A stretch of DNA of 52,002 bases, the filler included, from Catajapyx aquilonaris (Eukaryota), in the NCBI GenBank assembly GCA_000934665.2. It is 2 parts of 2 records of this genome, joined end to end, with 100 filler letters (N's around TTAATTAATTAA, not from the genome) between each part and the next. Parts side by side here need not be neighbours in the genome. Positions count along the whole stretch, not along the records: positions 1 to 25,952 come from KZ539322.1; 1 more part is not named here. One strand, 5' to 3'. Shown in pieces: positions 12,666 through 24,934 of this stretch; position 1 is the first letter of the stretch, and each line of letters begins with the position of its first letter. The translations under genes and the position numbers were made by a program. The notes under the pieces are model-generated. The model worked only from the letters and a program-made list of their open reading frames with translations. It did no database searches and was not told where the DNA came from.

Positions 12666-13046
12666 TTAAGTCTGCTCTGATTTCTATTTTGAATATTTTA
12701 CTGGACAATAGTGACACCAGATTCCAGTTTTACTGTGGATACTGTAATTCGATTAATCTTCAGAAAAAAATCACAGTCCTATCTTGTGGATTTCCTGACA
12801 CTACTCAAAGTGCCTATCTTGTGTCCTATCTTGTGGCTAAAGGAAGTTAGTGAGTAAACAAATATGACAAAATCTTTGACTTGTATTATCTCGAAACTGG
12901 GTCCATAGTGTTTTTCTCTTATATGTCCTTTATTTTTTTCTGTTGATTCCTGTAATACCCATATGTGCTATACTCTGATTTTTATAATGTCCGAACGACA
13001 ACACCTTTGTTGTAATGAGAGACTCCTTGGGGATGACAAAGAGTAA

Positions 13047-16000
13047 TCAGTGACAACCACAACTCCGCACAACCATGTTGGGGTACTTCCTCAGAATAAC
13101 ATTAGAATTGTCATCAAAATAGAGCACTGAGATAGGACTCAAGTTGGTAGGGGCACAGCAGGGCTTTGGCACCTTGTATGGCTGCATCAGGTGCACCAGT
13201 GTTTGTACAATGGCATGATTTGTTGCATTTAGGTGTGCATGTAGGGGGAAGGAGCATTCTCCTTCGCAGTAGTAGGCCTTGTAGCCATCTGGTGCTATGA
13301 TCCATTCCTGAGGAGTAAAGGATGGGAACATTATGCTAGACAAGAGAAACTAATGCAGTAGTGTAAGAGAGGGTGTGGAAGAAACATTCCTTGAGAGAAT
13401 GACTTATTGTAATCAAAACTATAACCTGTGCTTGGCATTAATAACTTATCAGCACAAAGAAACAGACTAATAAGATAGAAACTCTTAAAATATTAAGTTC
13501 ATTCGTGGCATGCGTAATATCTGAGAATTCCTGACATCTGAATAATGTCAGCAGTCACCTAAAATGTTACGTCATTTACTGGATATGCTTATGCTGAGAA
13601 TACTGTATCTAATATCTAATGACATCGTCAATCAGCCCTGTTTCTGTTCTGCCCAAGTCACTTTAGGGTCATTCCAGCTCAACTGAGTCAAAGTGTTGCT
13701 CGACCATCTCCGATTTTTCTGAAAAAAAATCATGGTTGTACTATGGGCGCCAAAAGAATTGACCGGAGTTGATGGGTATATGGCGCTATATACCCATCAA
13801 CTCCGGTCAATTCTTTTGGCGCCCATAGTACATACCCTAGACCTAATGCGAAATATCAAATCTCAGCCATATTGGACAACACTGGTGGGAGGGGAGCGCT
13901 CCCAAAATTTGGTGGGCGGGAAATCAGCCCTTTTTTGGCGAATTATTTTGGTGTGAGGCCCTCGTCCAAACCCATCAAACATAGATATCAAAAGAAAGAG
14001 GAATATGAGGAGAATGCGTCTATGGAAATGGTTTCACTCACAAATTCAACCAGAAAGAAACTTGCCTGGCTTTACATCGGTCAAATTTCCAAGAATTTGG
14101 GCCTCGAAAAATTAGTGATGTATTTGAACCACATATTTCATATTTGGTGACACGAATATAGACCCACACATATTGCAATATGTCTAGTTTGAAGCTTGAG
14201 TCATTAATAGTTCGTGAGCAGAAAAATGAGAAACTTTGAGTTTTCGGGAAATTTCTCGGCCTTTCACCCCGGTTTTCGCTATGTGGCTCTCGTAAAGTAT
14301 GAGCTCTATGACCATGGAAACGTCGTCTCATGTGCTGTGCAATGATACATGTCCCATTACACACATTCAAAGAAGAACGGCGTGGCGATTTTTTGAAAAA
14401 GGGGTGGAGTGGCATCGAATTGCGGGATTGTAAGCCACATGGGGGATTCCCCTGACCGGTGAAATTCACATAATATGGTTCCAAAATAATGCTCACATCG
14501 TTGTCTTATGTCAAGAAAGCATTGCTGGCCAATCCACGTCGGCCACTGCCTCAGTTTCCCCCCTGAATGACAGTGAACATAAATATACTTTGTGGGGGAG
14601 GTGTGGTGGCCGTGATGGTAACGTCACGGCTTGCTGTGTGAAAGGCCCCAGGTTCGATCCCCGCCTGGGGAACTTTCCTTTCACCTGCGTCAGGAGGGTC
14701 TCTGACCTGCACCAAGGAGGTGTCTGGCAACCTAACCTCCTGGGGAACAGCACATGACCCGTTTGCAAGACGTGCACCTTGCACCCATGTTCCCTCCCCA
14801 AAAATTCCCTATCCCTTCCCCATGTCCTTTCATCCTTGCACCGGAGTGAAGAAGAAAAAATAGAAAATTGAAGAAAATGGTGGTATCCCACCCCCCTATA
14901 AGGACCCATGGCCCTAGCACGGGGTAACGTAAAATAAAAAATAAAAAATAAAATAAAAAAAAATAAAAAAATAAAAAATAAATAAATAAATATACTTTGT
15001 GAATTCTTCGAGGCCATTGTGCAGCGGCTGGAAATCATTTTGGCCCACTATCATAGTATGTAAAGTTAGTAAAGAAGTGCATTGGATGTTTTTCAGAGTT
15101 ATTGGCTGCAAATTATTTAGCCCAACCTCATATGCAACTGGTTGAAATAAATTTTGAAAATGCACATATAAAATCGTGTTTCAATATGAATTGTTGCACA
15201 ATTCATAATATTCCACTCTGCACATGGTGCACAACTGGCTCGAAAAATTAACATGTTCACTATCATTCAGAGGGGAAACTGAGGCAGTGGAATGGCCAGC
15301 AATGGTCTTGGTTACTAGTAACAGACTTCCCCATGAATTACTCAAGGGGAGATTACTTAGAAATGCCATCATTGGAAAATAAATTATTTATGACGGGACA
15401 GAGGGAGGAGATGGGTAGAGTTTGTAGTTCAAATATTACCTCCCAACGCAGCTGTTTGAAGTTAATGTACATCATTTTCTTCTGGCACAATCTTTTGTGG
15501 TCCACATTCGCAAATTCTGAAAATAGACAAGTGCAACCTGAGTATCTTTAATTCACTTGTAAAACGCCATTATTTCTTGCATTGTAACTTGAGCTGAGAA
15601 AGAAGAAAAAGACGAGAGAAAAGACCTCCAATGATGGGTCCTTGTGACAGGAGGAAGAAAAGGAGAGGCGGGGGAAGGTGGAGGGTTGAGGGGCTTACCG
15701 GTGAGAGTGGGGGGTCGGCAAACAGGTTTTCTTTTCCTTTTACTTGAGAACCCTCACCTGAAAGCGCTTGGGGCGAAGACACCTGACAGGTGTGCACCTG
15801 TGCTTAGAAAAATTCCTAAGCCCCCCCTCCCCCACTGCCCCGAGGGACAAGGAGGGAGGGATTCCGAGGAAGGGCAGAGAGGAAAAGGAAAGCGCAATAG
15901 CTTCGGGTTCATTTCCACCTGTTGAATCGCTCACCTGAATATGGATTATGAATCTGGTCTGCTGGATATGACACATCGTGGCTTCTTCGAGTACCACGTG

Positions 16001-17351
16001 CGTTTCTGGTTCTTCTAAGCAGAGGTGGCGATGCGGACATTCCTCTGGATTTGGCAGGTGAATCACTAGCGTGTTCTGGGTGTTCCCCCGAGTCGGCAGC
16101 TACATGCTCCCCGTTACGGTTCCTGAAATAGGCAACCATGAATGGCTTGTGCGGTTCCGGTCCCTGAAGCCCGATAAGCCCCGCCGCTGACGGGTTCACT
16201 TCAATATCTGAAATGCAGCAGAATTTAAATGTTGCGACAATTGACGAGCAGGACACGTGCTTACCGCCGTTTCGGACCAGTTCCAGCAATAGTCCCTGGT
16301 TGGACAGAGGGAAGGTGACCCACTCCCGCATCGCTGATGTCACGTCCAGCAGGAGCCAAGTGTCCAAATCCCACGTCGCGTTGATTGTTGCCAACAGTTT
16401 AGTCTGAAGCTCTCTGTTGAATAAGACAACTGAAACGGTGGTGTACTGCCAGTTTAATCAGACGGGCTTACTGCGGCTTTTTTCCGGAAACCAACTGGTG
16501 AAGACGCACTTCCAACTCGGGTCCATCGCTCTCCGCGTCATCCTCATCGTCAGTTTTGGGCTTCTTCCTGGCCTCTTTGTAGACTCGAACCTCTGCCTGC
16601 AGAATGTCTTCATCTGCCGGCACCTGGCTCACGTCAAACCACAACCTTCTTTCTCCTTCATGCCGAAGCGACCTCGCACCAGACCACCAAGGCCCTAATG
16701 GTAGACCCCACAAAATGATATACATCAGCCTTTTTTCCCTCCCCTTCTTCCAAGAAACGGAAGCCCGACGCAAAACCTCGTGGAATCTGGAGAGGAACTT
16801 TCACCACTTGATTCCCGCTTGTTTGTTATAACGCTAAAACCACCGAATGTAGCAACCTTCGGTCTATAAGATAAGTTTGCTGAGTAATAATTGTGTGCAT
16901 AAATCTCACCGTGTCCGTGATTAGGAAAGCTCATGATGACGTCGCTGTCGTCAATGGACGTGACATTTGTCGCTGCTGGTTGGTCGCTTTGATATCCTTC
17001 CTCTTCCTCGAATTGTTCCTCGTCGTCATCGTCCAGAGGCTGCTGGATGGCTTTGTAGACGTGTAGGAGGAATGAAGGCGCAGACGACGTGCGCAACAGC
17101 TTGTGGTGAGGTCGCGGTTGTCGATTCAAACCCAGAAGGTGCAACATCTCGTGTTGAAGATGACGTCTTTCTCTGGGACTTAGCGACCTTGCCATTACCG
17201 TCTGGGCCTTTTCGTGGCTCTCGTAGTATAGTCCGGAAGGTCTCAAACTCTTCTTGGACACCCGTTGTCCATTCTTGACTGGAGCGTCATCCGCGACTCC
17301 GACCACAACAACCGCCGCGAAGAGTAGGATGGACACCACGGAGGGCACCAT
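13047..17351 (-). CDS. gbb: BMP5/6/7/8-class TGF-beta ligand (glass bottom boat/60A-like), 6 exons, ~474 aa
   Basis: Exons 16910-17351, 16472-16694, 16265-16413, 15935-16207, 15440-15516, 13047-13307 with consistent phases. Signal peptide; prodomain motifs [42 protein letters not shown]; basic sites RRTR/RGTRR; 7-Cys mature domain ending [13 protein letters not shown]...[39 protein letters not shown]. Confidence 0.95.
13737..13832. repeat. Perfect hairpin, 45-bp arms, 6-nt loop; probably a tiny TA-flanked MITE (13741-13828) inserted in an older repeat
   Basis: tgtactatgggcgccaaaagaattgaccggagttgatgggtatat-ggcgct-atatacccatcaactccggtcaattcttttggcgcccatagtaca. Confidence 0.93.
14520..15304. 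mobile_element. TIR element with CACTG-starting inner termini, in gbb intron 5
   Basis: cactgcctcagtttccccc.tgaatgacagtgaacat pairs with atgttcactatcattcagaggggaaactgaggcagtg; outer cattgctggcca/tggccagcaatg also pair. Confidence 0.7.
14595..14985 (+). mobile_element. tRNA-derived SINE with A-rich tail and 16-bp TSD
   Basis: A-box ggtggccgtgatgg, B-box ggttcgatccc, (A)nT tail. TSD ataaatatactttgtg at 14579-14594 and 14986-15001. Confidence 0.88.
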
Positions 17352-17937
17352 CCCTCGATGGTGTACTGCACTCGACTGACCACAGAGCGGATACGAAGGC
17401 TCTTCTCTCTCTCAGTGTAGTGGTAGTGGTTGTTTGGGGGTTGGGGGCGGGAGGTGGGGGGTGAATCAGGTGGGGCACAGGAAAGAGGGGTTGTTGAGGG
17501 AGAGGGTGGGTGGTGGGTGGAGTTGGAGAGGACACGCAGGGTTAGAACTACCCCGGCCAGCGTGGGAAAAGCGTCTCTATTCATTGATTTCTGGACACTT
17601 AGATCATCTGCTGATCGATTGTTGCCACAATCTCCATCAGCCAAGGTTACGTCAAGGGGATTCCCCATGTGGTGCATGTGTTAGCACGAAGTTACTCAAG
17701 AATTTTGTACGAGTACTGTGACGCATTGTTATGAAGGAGAAGACATTGTCAATCACATATTCACGCGTTCTGAAATGTAGAACCATATACCAAGTACCTT
17801 CAATTAAGACAGTACCACACTGGATGATTATAACCAATTTCTTTAATGATGATTCTCGTCAAGAACATAATTTTGTTTTTCTCTAACTAATAAACTGGTC
17901 CCAGGAAACTATGTGCTTGTATTTCTGTGCACGACAT

Positions 17938-18237
17938 TTAATGCGGTGACATCTTTGTAGCGCTGTGCTTCAATAGTGCAGTGTATTGAGTAGGTGTTTC
18001 CGTTTCAGCCGAGGACTTGTCGCTACGAGGTCCCAGTGATGCACTCCATTCCTCTGAAGAACCAATGTAGGTTTCACTGGGCATAGAGAAGGTGTTCCCT
18101 GCTGGAGTGAAGTAGGAGACTCCCGTATAGCTCTGCTGTTGAGAACGCCTTCGAAGTAGATACCATAGGCCAAACATGACTAAAACAATCAGACTTGAGA
18201 ATAGGAAAGCGACACCCAGGCTTGCGATCCACGGCAT
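17938..18237 (-). CDS. Small single-pass membrane protein, array copy 1 (99 aa)
   Basis: N-terminal hydrophobic helix, then RRR and SYTGVSYFTPAG, shared with the other three copies. Acceptor ttcag| lies 13 nt before the ATG. Confidence 0.7.
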   Translation of the reverse strand: MPWIASLGVAFLFSSLIVLVMFGLWYLLRRRSQQQSYTGVSYFTPAGNTFSMPSETYIGSSEEWSASLGPRSDKSSAETETPTQYTALLKHSATKMSPH

Positions 18238-20941
18238 ACTTGATTATTTCCTGAAATTGAATTACTGTCAGCCATGAACTAGGTCATCTGTACGACGGAC
18301 GTATACATTATGCAGTTCTGAACAGTTTTGCGTTACTTTCGATGTGTGTTAAATAACGATAACGATTGTTATAAGTCTATTATGTAGCACATATGGCTAG
18401 TGTTTTTATGCAGTACATGAATGTTCTTGGCTGTATCGACAAAGACGCCATATTTAATATTGTACAATGTACAGTATTGAGTGAAACATGACTTCAGTGT
18501 GACTGCCTTACGGAAGGTGTTTCCAGTCTGAAGGTTGTGTCTATAATAATTCAGATAATTCGGTGACAAACATCGCAATATAATATTGGCCTCACGCTAC
18601 ACTTTTAAATCCCCATAAGAGTGCCACGTCACTGCAAATTGTTACGCCATGTTTAAAATCTTCATATCAAATTTCACAGCCCTATGCACACCAACATGTC
18701 AGTGACTTAAAATTGCTCAACATTAGGGATCAATAACCACATGAAGCTATAGACACGAAGCACACCGAAGCCGTTGACAATCTCTAATGTCGTCATCATT
18801 GTGATGGCGACCATTGTCTTCTGGTTGGGACCAGCATGGTTGGGACATGACTGTCGCCAAATGCGAGCGCTGGATGACCTCCATGAGAGAAAAAAAAAAC
18901 TGTTCTCGGAGCTCTTCGGTTTCAAAATTTCGGACAAGAGATTGCCAACTGTATTATAGACTTCCATACGTAGGCCTACTTGGATTCCGTGCGTCACAAA
19001 TAGAAGCATGAACTGCATATATCGGTCAAAAATTCGATCTTTGCGTGGGATTTCAATAAAAACATCGCCTACCTTTCCCAAATGCCTGATCAGACTTCAC
19101 TGAGCACTGACTGAACGCCAACTTCTTGGGATGAAGGTGTAACTAAATGTGATGCAGTGAACCTGCTGTCGAAATGCATGCAAATAGCAGCTGCACACAT
19201 GTGGATTTTGACTGATGTGCGAATGAATAGACGGATAACATCGCGGTATTACTTTCATTGTAACAACACAAGCAGACTTGAAAGGGGAAAATACCTCATT
19301 CATGTTTTATAAATGATAACTTATTGTATCGCATACTCGTACATTTACTCATCATCCATGCAGAGCAATGTGTTTAGTCACTCCTAAAAAAATACTGCAT
19401 TGGGTCAATGCTTAACCGTCAGTTTAGAGTAATACACCCGCAGTATTTTTTGAGAGACGGAAGTCATTCATCTCTCTATGATCCGTCTTTTCAACAGAAC
19501 ATGTGCACTATATGTACAGGTATAAGCTATCAATTTTTTAGATGCAGAAAACTTTTGTTTGGAGCAAATTAAAACTATAGAAAAGCAAAATTAATAGGGC
19601 CTACAAATGTTTCAATCATTTATGAAAATGTAATAAAACCCATAACTGTAGCAAGGCCGAATCCAGCACTGTCGGCAGGTAAATCCTACAACATGAATGG
19701 TATATGAAACATGTGTCATTGTATTTGAAATAATGATGCAGATTTCAAATACAATGAAACAGGTGCGAAAATATGGGATTAAACTCCGTTATTGAGATAA
19801 TGGCGTACATAGAATTCTTTTATGCTGTATACATGCGTCCCGATTCGAGGAAGTTTAAATTATTTTTCGAGTTACATGTGATTACTTGAGGTTATGGTAC
19901 GATTAGTAATCGGTTTTCACGAATGATCGTGCTCACAACCATAGAGCGAGAAGAAATCGTCGTTTCGGGAGCTCTAAAAACAATCAATGAGGCACCCATC
20001 AGCTTAACATTCCTAAACCAAATAATTTGCTTTCTGCTTAAGTTTGATATGAAACAATAATTTTCTTTTACGAGTGATATTATCTGGTCACGTCTACAAC
20101 TCCAAAAAATTTTTTTTAAAATACTCTAAATGTCATGAACATTCCGATCATTTTGTTCAACATATTGAGCATTAATAATGTTGCATTGTAATACGTATAC
20201 AATAAATTGTAGCTATGGTTTGATAGCCAACCGGGAGCAGCAGAGTCCGTACTGTTAACGAACCTTACCACAAATTAAGGAAACCCGAGTTCTTAATAAT
20301 GCTAACATAAGTGTCAGGAGTACGTCGTTATTATTTTGATCATAAAATTCATTGTGACTTATCTGCTGGTTGCTCTTACTTCTGATATACCTCATTCATT
20401 TGGACGCAATTGATACGATATTAGGTTTATTGTTGTACTTGTTATTCGAATACAGAAAATATGCAGTGTACACGTAGAAAGTATATAAAGCACAGGCCTT
20501 GAACGTTAAGTGAATCAGCACAGTATCTGCTACATTCATGTATATGTACGTAGCTTTGCGTGATGATGGGGAATATTTGATGTATTACTTCGGCCCTTCT
20601 TCGCACCTGGCAAGACATGGACTTCCACTCTCACAAATCATCACATCACAGGATTCAGTTGATTAATTCGGAAAACGTGAGACATAGTTGTTTTTTTTGC
20701 GTTGCAGGTAAATTGGCCTCATTTTTCGTATAGGGTACAGTACGAAAAGCCTACATACGTATAGTCTATACTGCTAATGCACAATACAAAAATAACTTCT
20801 CGCATATCAGTAAATTAGCGACGTACCATATCCATTATACGGAACGATGTGATTTACGTGTATGAACAAATAAACAATGATTAAACATTTGTTACTATAA
20901 AATATTTTCGTGACATAATTTCATGCGCAAAAAATAATAAT

Positions 20942-21298
20942 TTATGGGCACTGGCTTTCCTCGTTTTGGGAATAACGCGGAGAATTTCCATCAATTTCAC
21001 AGGTGGACAAATTCGCGTCACAAGACGACAGTACTTCATTAGTCACTTGCGAACTACTCTCATTAGGTGGGCGAGAAAGAGGTCCGTGTTGGGCTGTCAC
21101 ATGCACTGTGTCAGAGTGCAAATTGCACTGAGAGGATGGGTCACTAAATGACACGACTTCTTGAGACATGTCCTGCGTGATGGTCCCAGAATATTGGCTC
21201 TGGCTCAGTTTTCGCCTTATGCACCATACACATGAGACGATCATACAGAGTGTGCCAGCCACAAGGTAAACAATGACGAGGGCCACTTCCAACTCCAT
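20942..21298 (-). CDS. Small single-pass membrane protein, array copy 2 (118 aa)
   Basis: N-terminal TM ending CVWCI, then RRK and QYSGTIT. Acceptor ttttag| lies 10 nt before the ATG; candidate GTAAGT donor at 21512. Confidence 0.68.
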   Translation of the reverse strand: MELEVALVIVYLVAGTLCMIVSCVWCIRRKLSQSQYSGTITQDMSQEVVSFSDPSSQCNLHSDTVHVTAQHGPLSRPPNESSSQVTNEVLSSCDANLSTCEIDGNSPRYSQNEESQCP

Positions 21299-23174
21299 TC
21301 AGCCTCACCTAAAAGTGACAGCGAGAACTTAAGAAAATTGACAATATGTAACAGGGTGACAGCATAATTAAACACCATTCATAATACGACTCCTGGCACA
21401 GAGCCACATTATGTTATATATGAAAGCAGTCAAAGCACCTAAAATAACTACAGCTGCGTCTACAAGGAAGTATAGAAAAATGTGCGTGTGTTGATTAATA
21501 AGCTATACTTACATTGGAGAGTTGTGATATCGGTAAGCCTTCACTTTCGAAGTTCGAAAAATGCACTGCCGAAGAGTGGAGGCAGCCAAGGTATTGGAGG
21601 CATACATACGTATGAGAGGACGGAACTCAAGACACGAAAGCTATTATTGGCCTTAGCAACAGAAAAACTGCTGAACTTGGGCGCTGCCAGCGCGAATCCT
21701 ACTTCGTGGATGGAATGGTGCCAAACGTCCTATCACGTTTAATACTTCCAAAAGCACGTAATCTTTGCAAAATAAATGCGAAAAAATAAATGCTCAATGT
21801 TTCACAAATATAATCAGAAGAGTTATTCCATGAACATAAAATGCACGAGGCAAATGTTCTACATGGGATCGAATGTATGTGCCGTGGTCTGTGTGGTATT
21901 GAGGCAAAATCAGGACATATTCTACATTCTCGGGTGTTAGGTCTGGGCATGTGCCAACCTGAATATCTAGAACCAGATGGCATTGCAGGCACGTATATAT
22001 GACTACTCACTTTGTACCGTGCTTTGTACTGTACTGCATACAGGTAGCCGGTAACACCTATAATGCAATGTAAATGCAATAAATAGTGTTATACCGTATT
22101 GCAATGCTCAGCGCGCGGCAAATTCAAGTTTTGCTATTTGAAAATGTATGTTTCTTGTTGCTTTTTCGAATATTTTTCATCCGTGGTTGTCCTGAATAGA
22201 GAGGCCGGCCGACAGTACGGTATAGACCAAAGAAAGGACGAGAATTTTGCTTTGCTTACCCATTAAATTTACTTGTTTATTTTATCGCTGGGAAGTTTAA
22301 ATTTTTCTGTACAAATATGCAAAACCTGGCGTAGTCTCGTGCCAGTTCCAAGCACACGAGTCCCGTCGTACACCCTGCAAACAATTTTGTCAGAGGGCAT
22401 TATAATTATGTTTATGCATATTTTCGTACGATGTAAGTTATGCGGTTAAAGTATTTCACGGGAAATCCGCGCAACTCCCATTTTGCATACCATGCTGTCG
22501 CATTTCGCGTCAGGGGGCAATCCTATCCATGTGAGGTCCTTTTGAAACTGGTTCCTGATCTAGTATAATATGAAAGGGCAACCAAGAATGGTCTTTTGAA
22601 TAACAGGTAGATGAATTCTGCGGGAAAAATGTATATACCAAACTGAAAGCATTTTAGAGTTATCAAACATGAAATGCTAAAATTTTATACCAATCACAGC
22701 ACGAACAACGCTGACCTATTGGACCACGGAGGTGATCCTGAATAAAGAGCCAACCTCTGGTCTTCTGAGAGAAAAACACAGGCCAATAAATCATCTTGGA
22801 ATAGCTTGGCATATGCTTTCATTTATTTAATTGCGCAATATTTTGATATTATCATCTACATATAACACAAAGCTGCAGGATACAAAATCTTGATCTGACC
22901 TGAAGACATCATTTATTCTAATTGCACAGATTTTTAATAAACGCCTGACTGGTATAAAATATAAATATGTTGTACATTCGTATACGTTCCAAGTACGTAC
23001 AATGCAGAGTAAAAAAAAGTGTAGGACACAGACCACTTTGTACATGCAACGAAGAACACTGGCCAAAAGTAGATCGGGTTAGAAGGTCACGCATTCCGAT
23101 AAGCACCTTCAGCGCCGCCCATCATATAAGCACAATATGAGTGGTGGTCCATCACCCACACATGGCCGGATAGA

Positions 23175-23555
23175 CTAACACTTTTCTTTTTCCGGGTACG
23201 GTGGTGGACCGGAGAGGCTCTCCGGGTTGACAGAAGGAGGAGGTCCATATTCAGCAGGAGCTGGCACGTAGGTGGTAGGCGCGTACGGGTTGGGCGCAGC
23301 AGGGGCAGCAGGGTATGGTGCGTACGAAGGCTGAAGTGGAGAGTACGTGGCCATGTTGGCAGTGGGGTGGGTGTACTGCACGGTTTGGGGCATGTAGTGC
23401 TGCTGATGCCCCGTCGGAGAGGTGTAGGTGACGGCCCCGTAGCTACGGAACATGTCTCGTCTCCGAAGCAAGATCCACACGAACGCGCATATTACCAACA
23501 GAAAAATCACTGCGGCGATGCATATCACTAGTATTCCAAACCACGGAAGATCCAT
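23175..23555 (-). CDS. Small single-pass membrane protein with Pro/Tyr-rich PPxY tail, array copy 3 (126 aa)
   Basis: TM, RRR, SYGAVTYTSPTG, TYSPLQP, PYAPTTYVP, GPPPY. Acceptor 8 nt before the ATG; candidate donor at 23633 and Inr-like TCAGTT at 23652-23657. Confidence 0.85.
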   Translation of the reverse strand: MDLPWFGILVICIAAVIFLLVICAFVWILLRRRDMFRSYGAVTYTSPTGHQQHYMPQTVQYTHPTANMATYSPLQPSYAPYPAAPAAPNPYAPTTYVPAPAEYGPPPSVNPESLSGPPPYPEKEKC

Positions 23556-24571
23556 TCAACCTTCTGAAACAGTGCTACCAAAACAACGTCAGGCGGAAGC
23601 TGGTTACGCAACAAGCTAAAAATACATCAATACCTTTTTCGTACAGTTGTCAACTGAATACGCCAGAAATGTTGCACTACGTGTCCATATGAAGACAATG
23701 CGAGTGTGTTTAGAGCAGCTGCACTCCCTTGAAGGACTAGACGTCAGCGTGCAAGGCGACTTCCTGATGCACTTGATGAGTTAGCATGGGGATGGGTGTA
23801 CACGGTGTGGTGTGGTGAGATCGAGTGGTTCGGACGACCTTCACGGGACATTGAGGGGTGGTGGCGCTGCACGGCGACAACACGTGCGGCCCACGAGCAG
23901 AGTAGAGCAGGGCCTCGCTTCTCGATTTACCCTACGCTGATTTATTGAGTCATATTGGTACTGATCGTTCAGCGCATCGTTCCCACTGTAATGGGTTCTA
24001 ATAATATCTTTCATGGCCAAATTCCCAATATTTTCCGGTTTTAATGCGTGCTCGTGTATTGTCTCGAATGGGCGGATGCTATCAAGAGCGATACTCCAGT
24101 GGCCTTTGATAAGCTCTGATGGGGGTTAGCTTGTTAGCAGAAATCGAGAATAAGAAGTAGGCTACCTGCCATTCCTTGTTGAATGTGGAAGGTCGCACTA
24201 ACTTGCAAGTTATGCCTCCACATGGATGGTCACCGGTGCACTTAAAATTACTCCCCACACAAAGACAATGTGACGAATGACGCACTGTATTGACCTTCGA
24301 AATTGCCATATACAACAGTTGAGTCAGACATTTATAATATAAAACGTCAGATCTTTCCAAGCAAAAATACAATATTGCATTAGCTGTCGTGAAACATGAC
24401 TGTTGTGATAGTGGAAAATTATAACATCAAAAATATTAAATACGTATGTAAAAATGTGAACAACAATGGCGAAAGCTGACAAGCATTGTACACTGACAGC
24501 ACTGTAAAGGCACTCCCAGAGAAATACTTGGTCAAACTCAAGTACACTTCACCCTGGCACTATTTCACTTG

Positions 24572-24934
24572 CTAATGTTTTTCTTGATCCGAGTAAGGTA
24601 CAGAAGTTTCGGTCTCTCCTGCATGCTTCTCCTGAGGTCCATTTGGTGCGACAGGTAGGTATGTGGTTGGGGCGTACGGGCTGGGGTACGGGTACGGCGG
24701 GGGATTGGGGCCACTGGCAGGCTGAAGAGGTGAGTAAGTTGGCATGCTTGGCGCCGGATAAGTGCTCTGAGGATTAGGAGGCGAGTATGTGACTCCAGGG
24801 GGTGCAGAGTAGGTGACAGCCCCATAACTTTGACGTTCGTTTCGTTTTCTAATAATGCAATAGATGCATCCACAAATCAACATCAACACTCCAACCCCGA
24901 GAAAACATATCACAATCCATACGACCCCTTCCAT
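24572..24934 (-). CDS. Small single-pass membrane protein with Pro/Tyr-rich PPxY tail, array copy 4 (120 aa)
   Basis: TM ending CGCIYC, RKR, SYGAVTYSAPPG, TYSPLQP, PPPY, PYAPTTYLP. Acceptor 8 nt before the ATG; GTGAGT donor at 25053. Confidence 0.85.
   Translation of the reverse strand: MEGVVWIVICFLGVGVLMLICGCIYCIIRKRNERQSYGAVTYSAPPGVTYSPPNPQSTYPAPSMPTYSPLQPASGPNPPPYPYPSPYAPTTYLPVAPNGPQEKHAGETETSVPYSDQEKH

Noticed and set aside
7551..13046. Idea that gbb is nested in an ARL2BP intron
   Set aside because: A plausible ARL2BP last exon (7614-7661) and a poly(A) signal (7941) follow immediately.
23553..23660. Selenocysteine or readthrough reading of the in-frame TGA before the small-TM ATGs
   Set aside because: The likely copy 3 leader (Inr near 23655, donor 23633) has no upstream AUG, copy 2 has two in-frame TGAs, copy 1 has TAA, and I recognised no SECIS.
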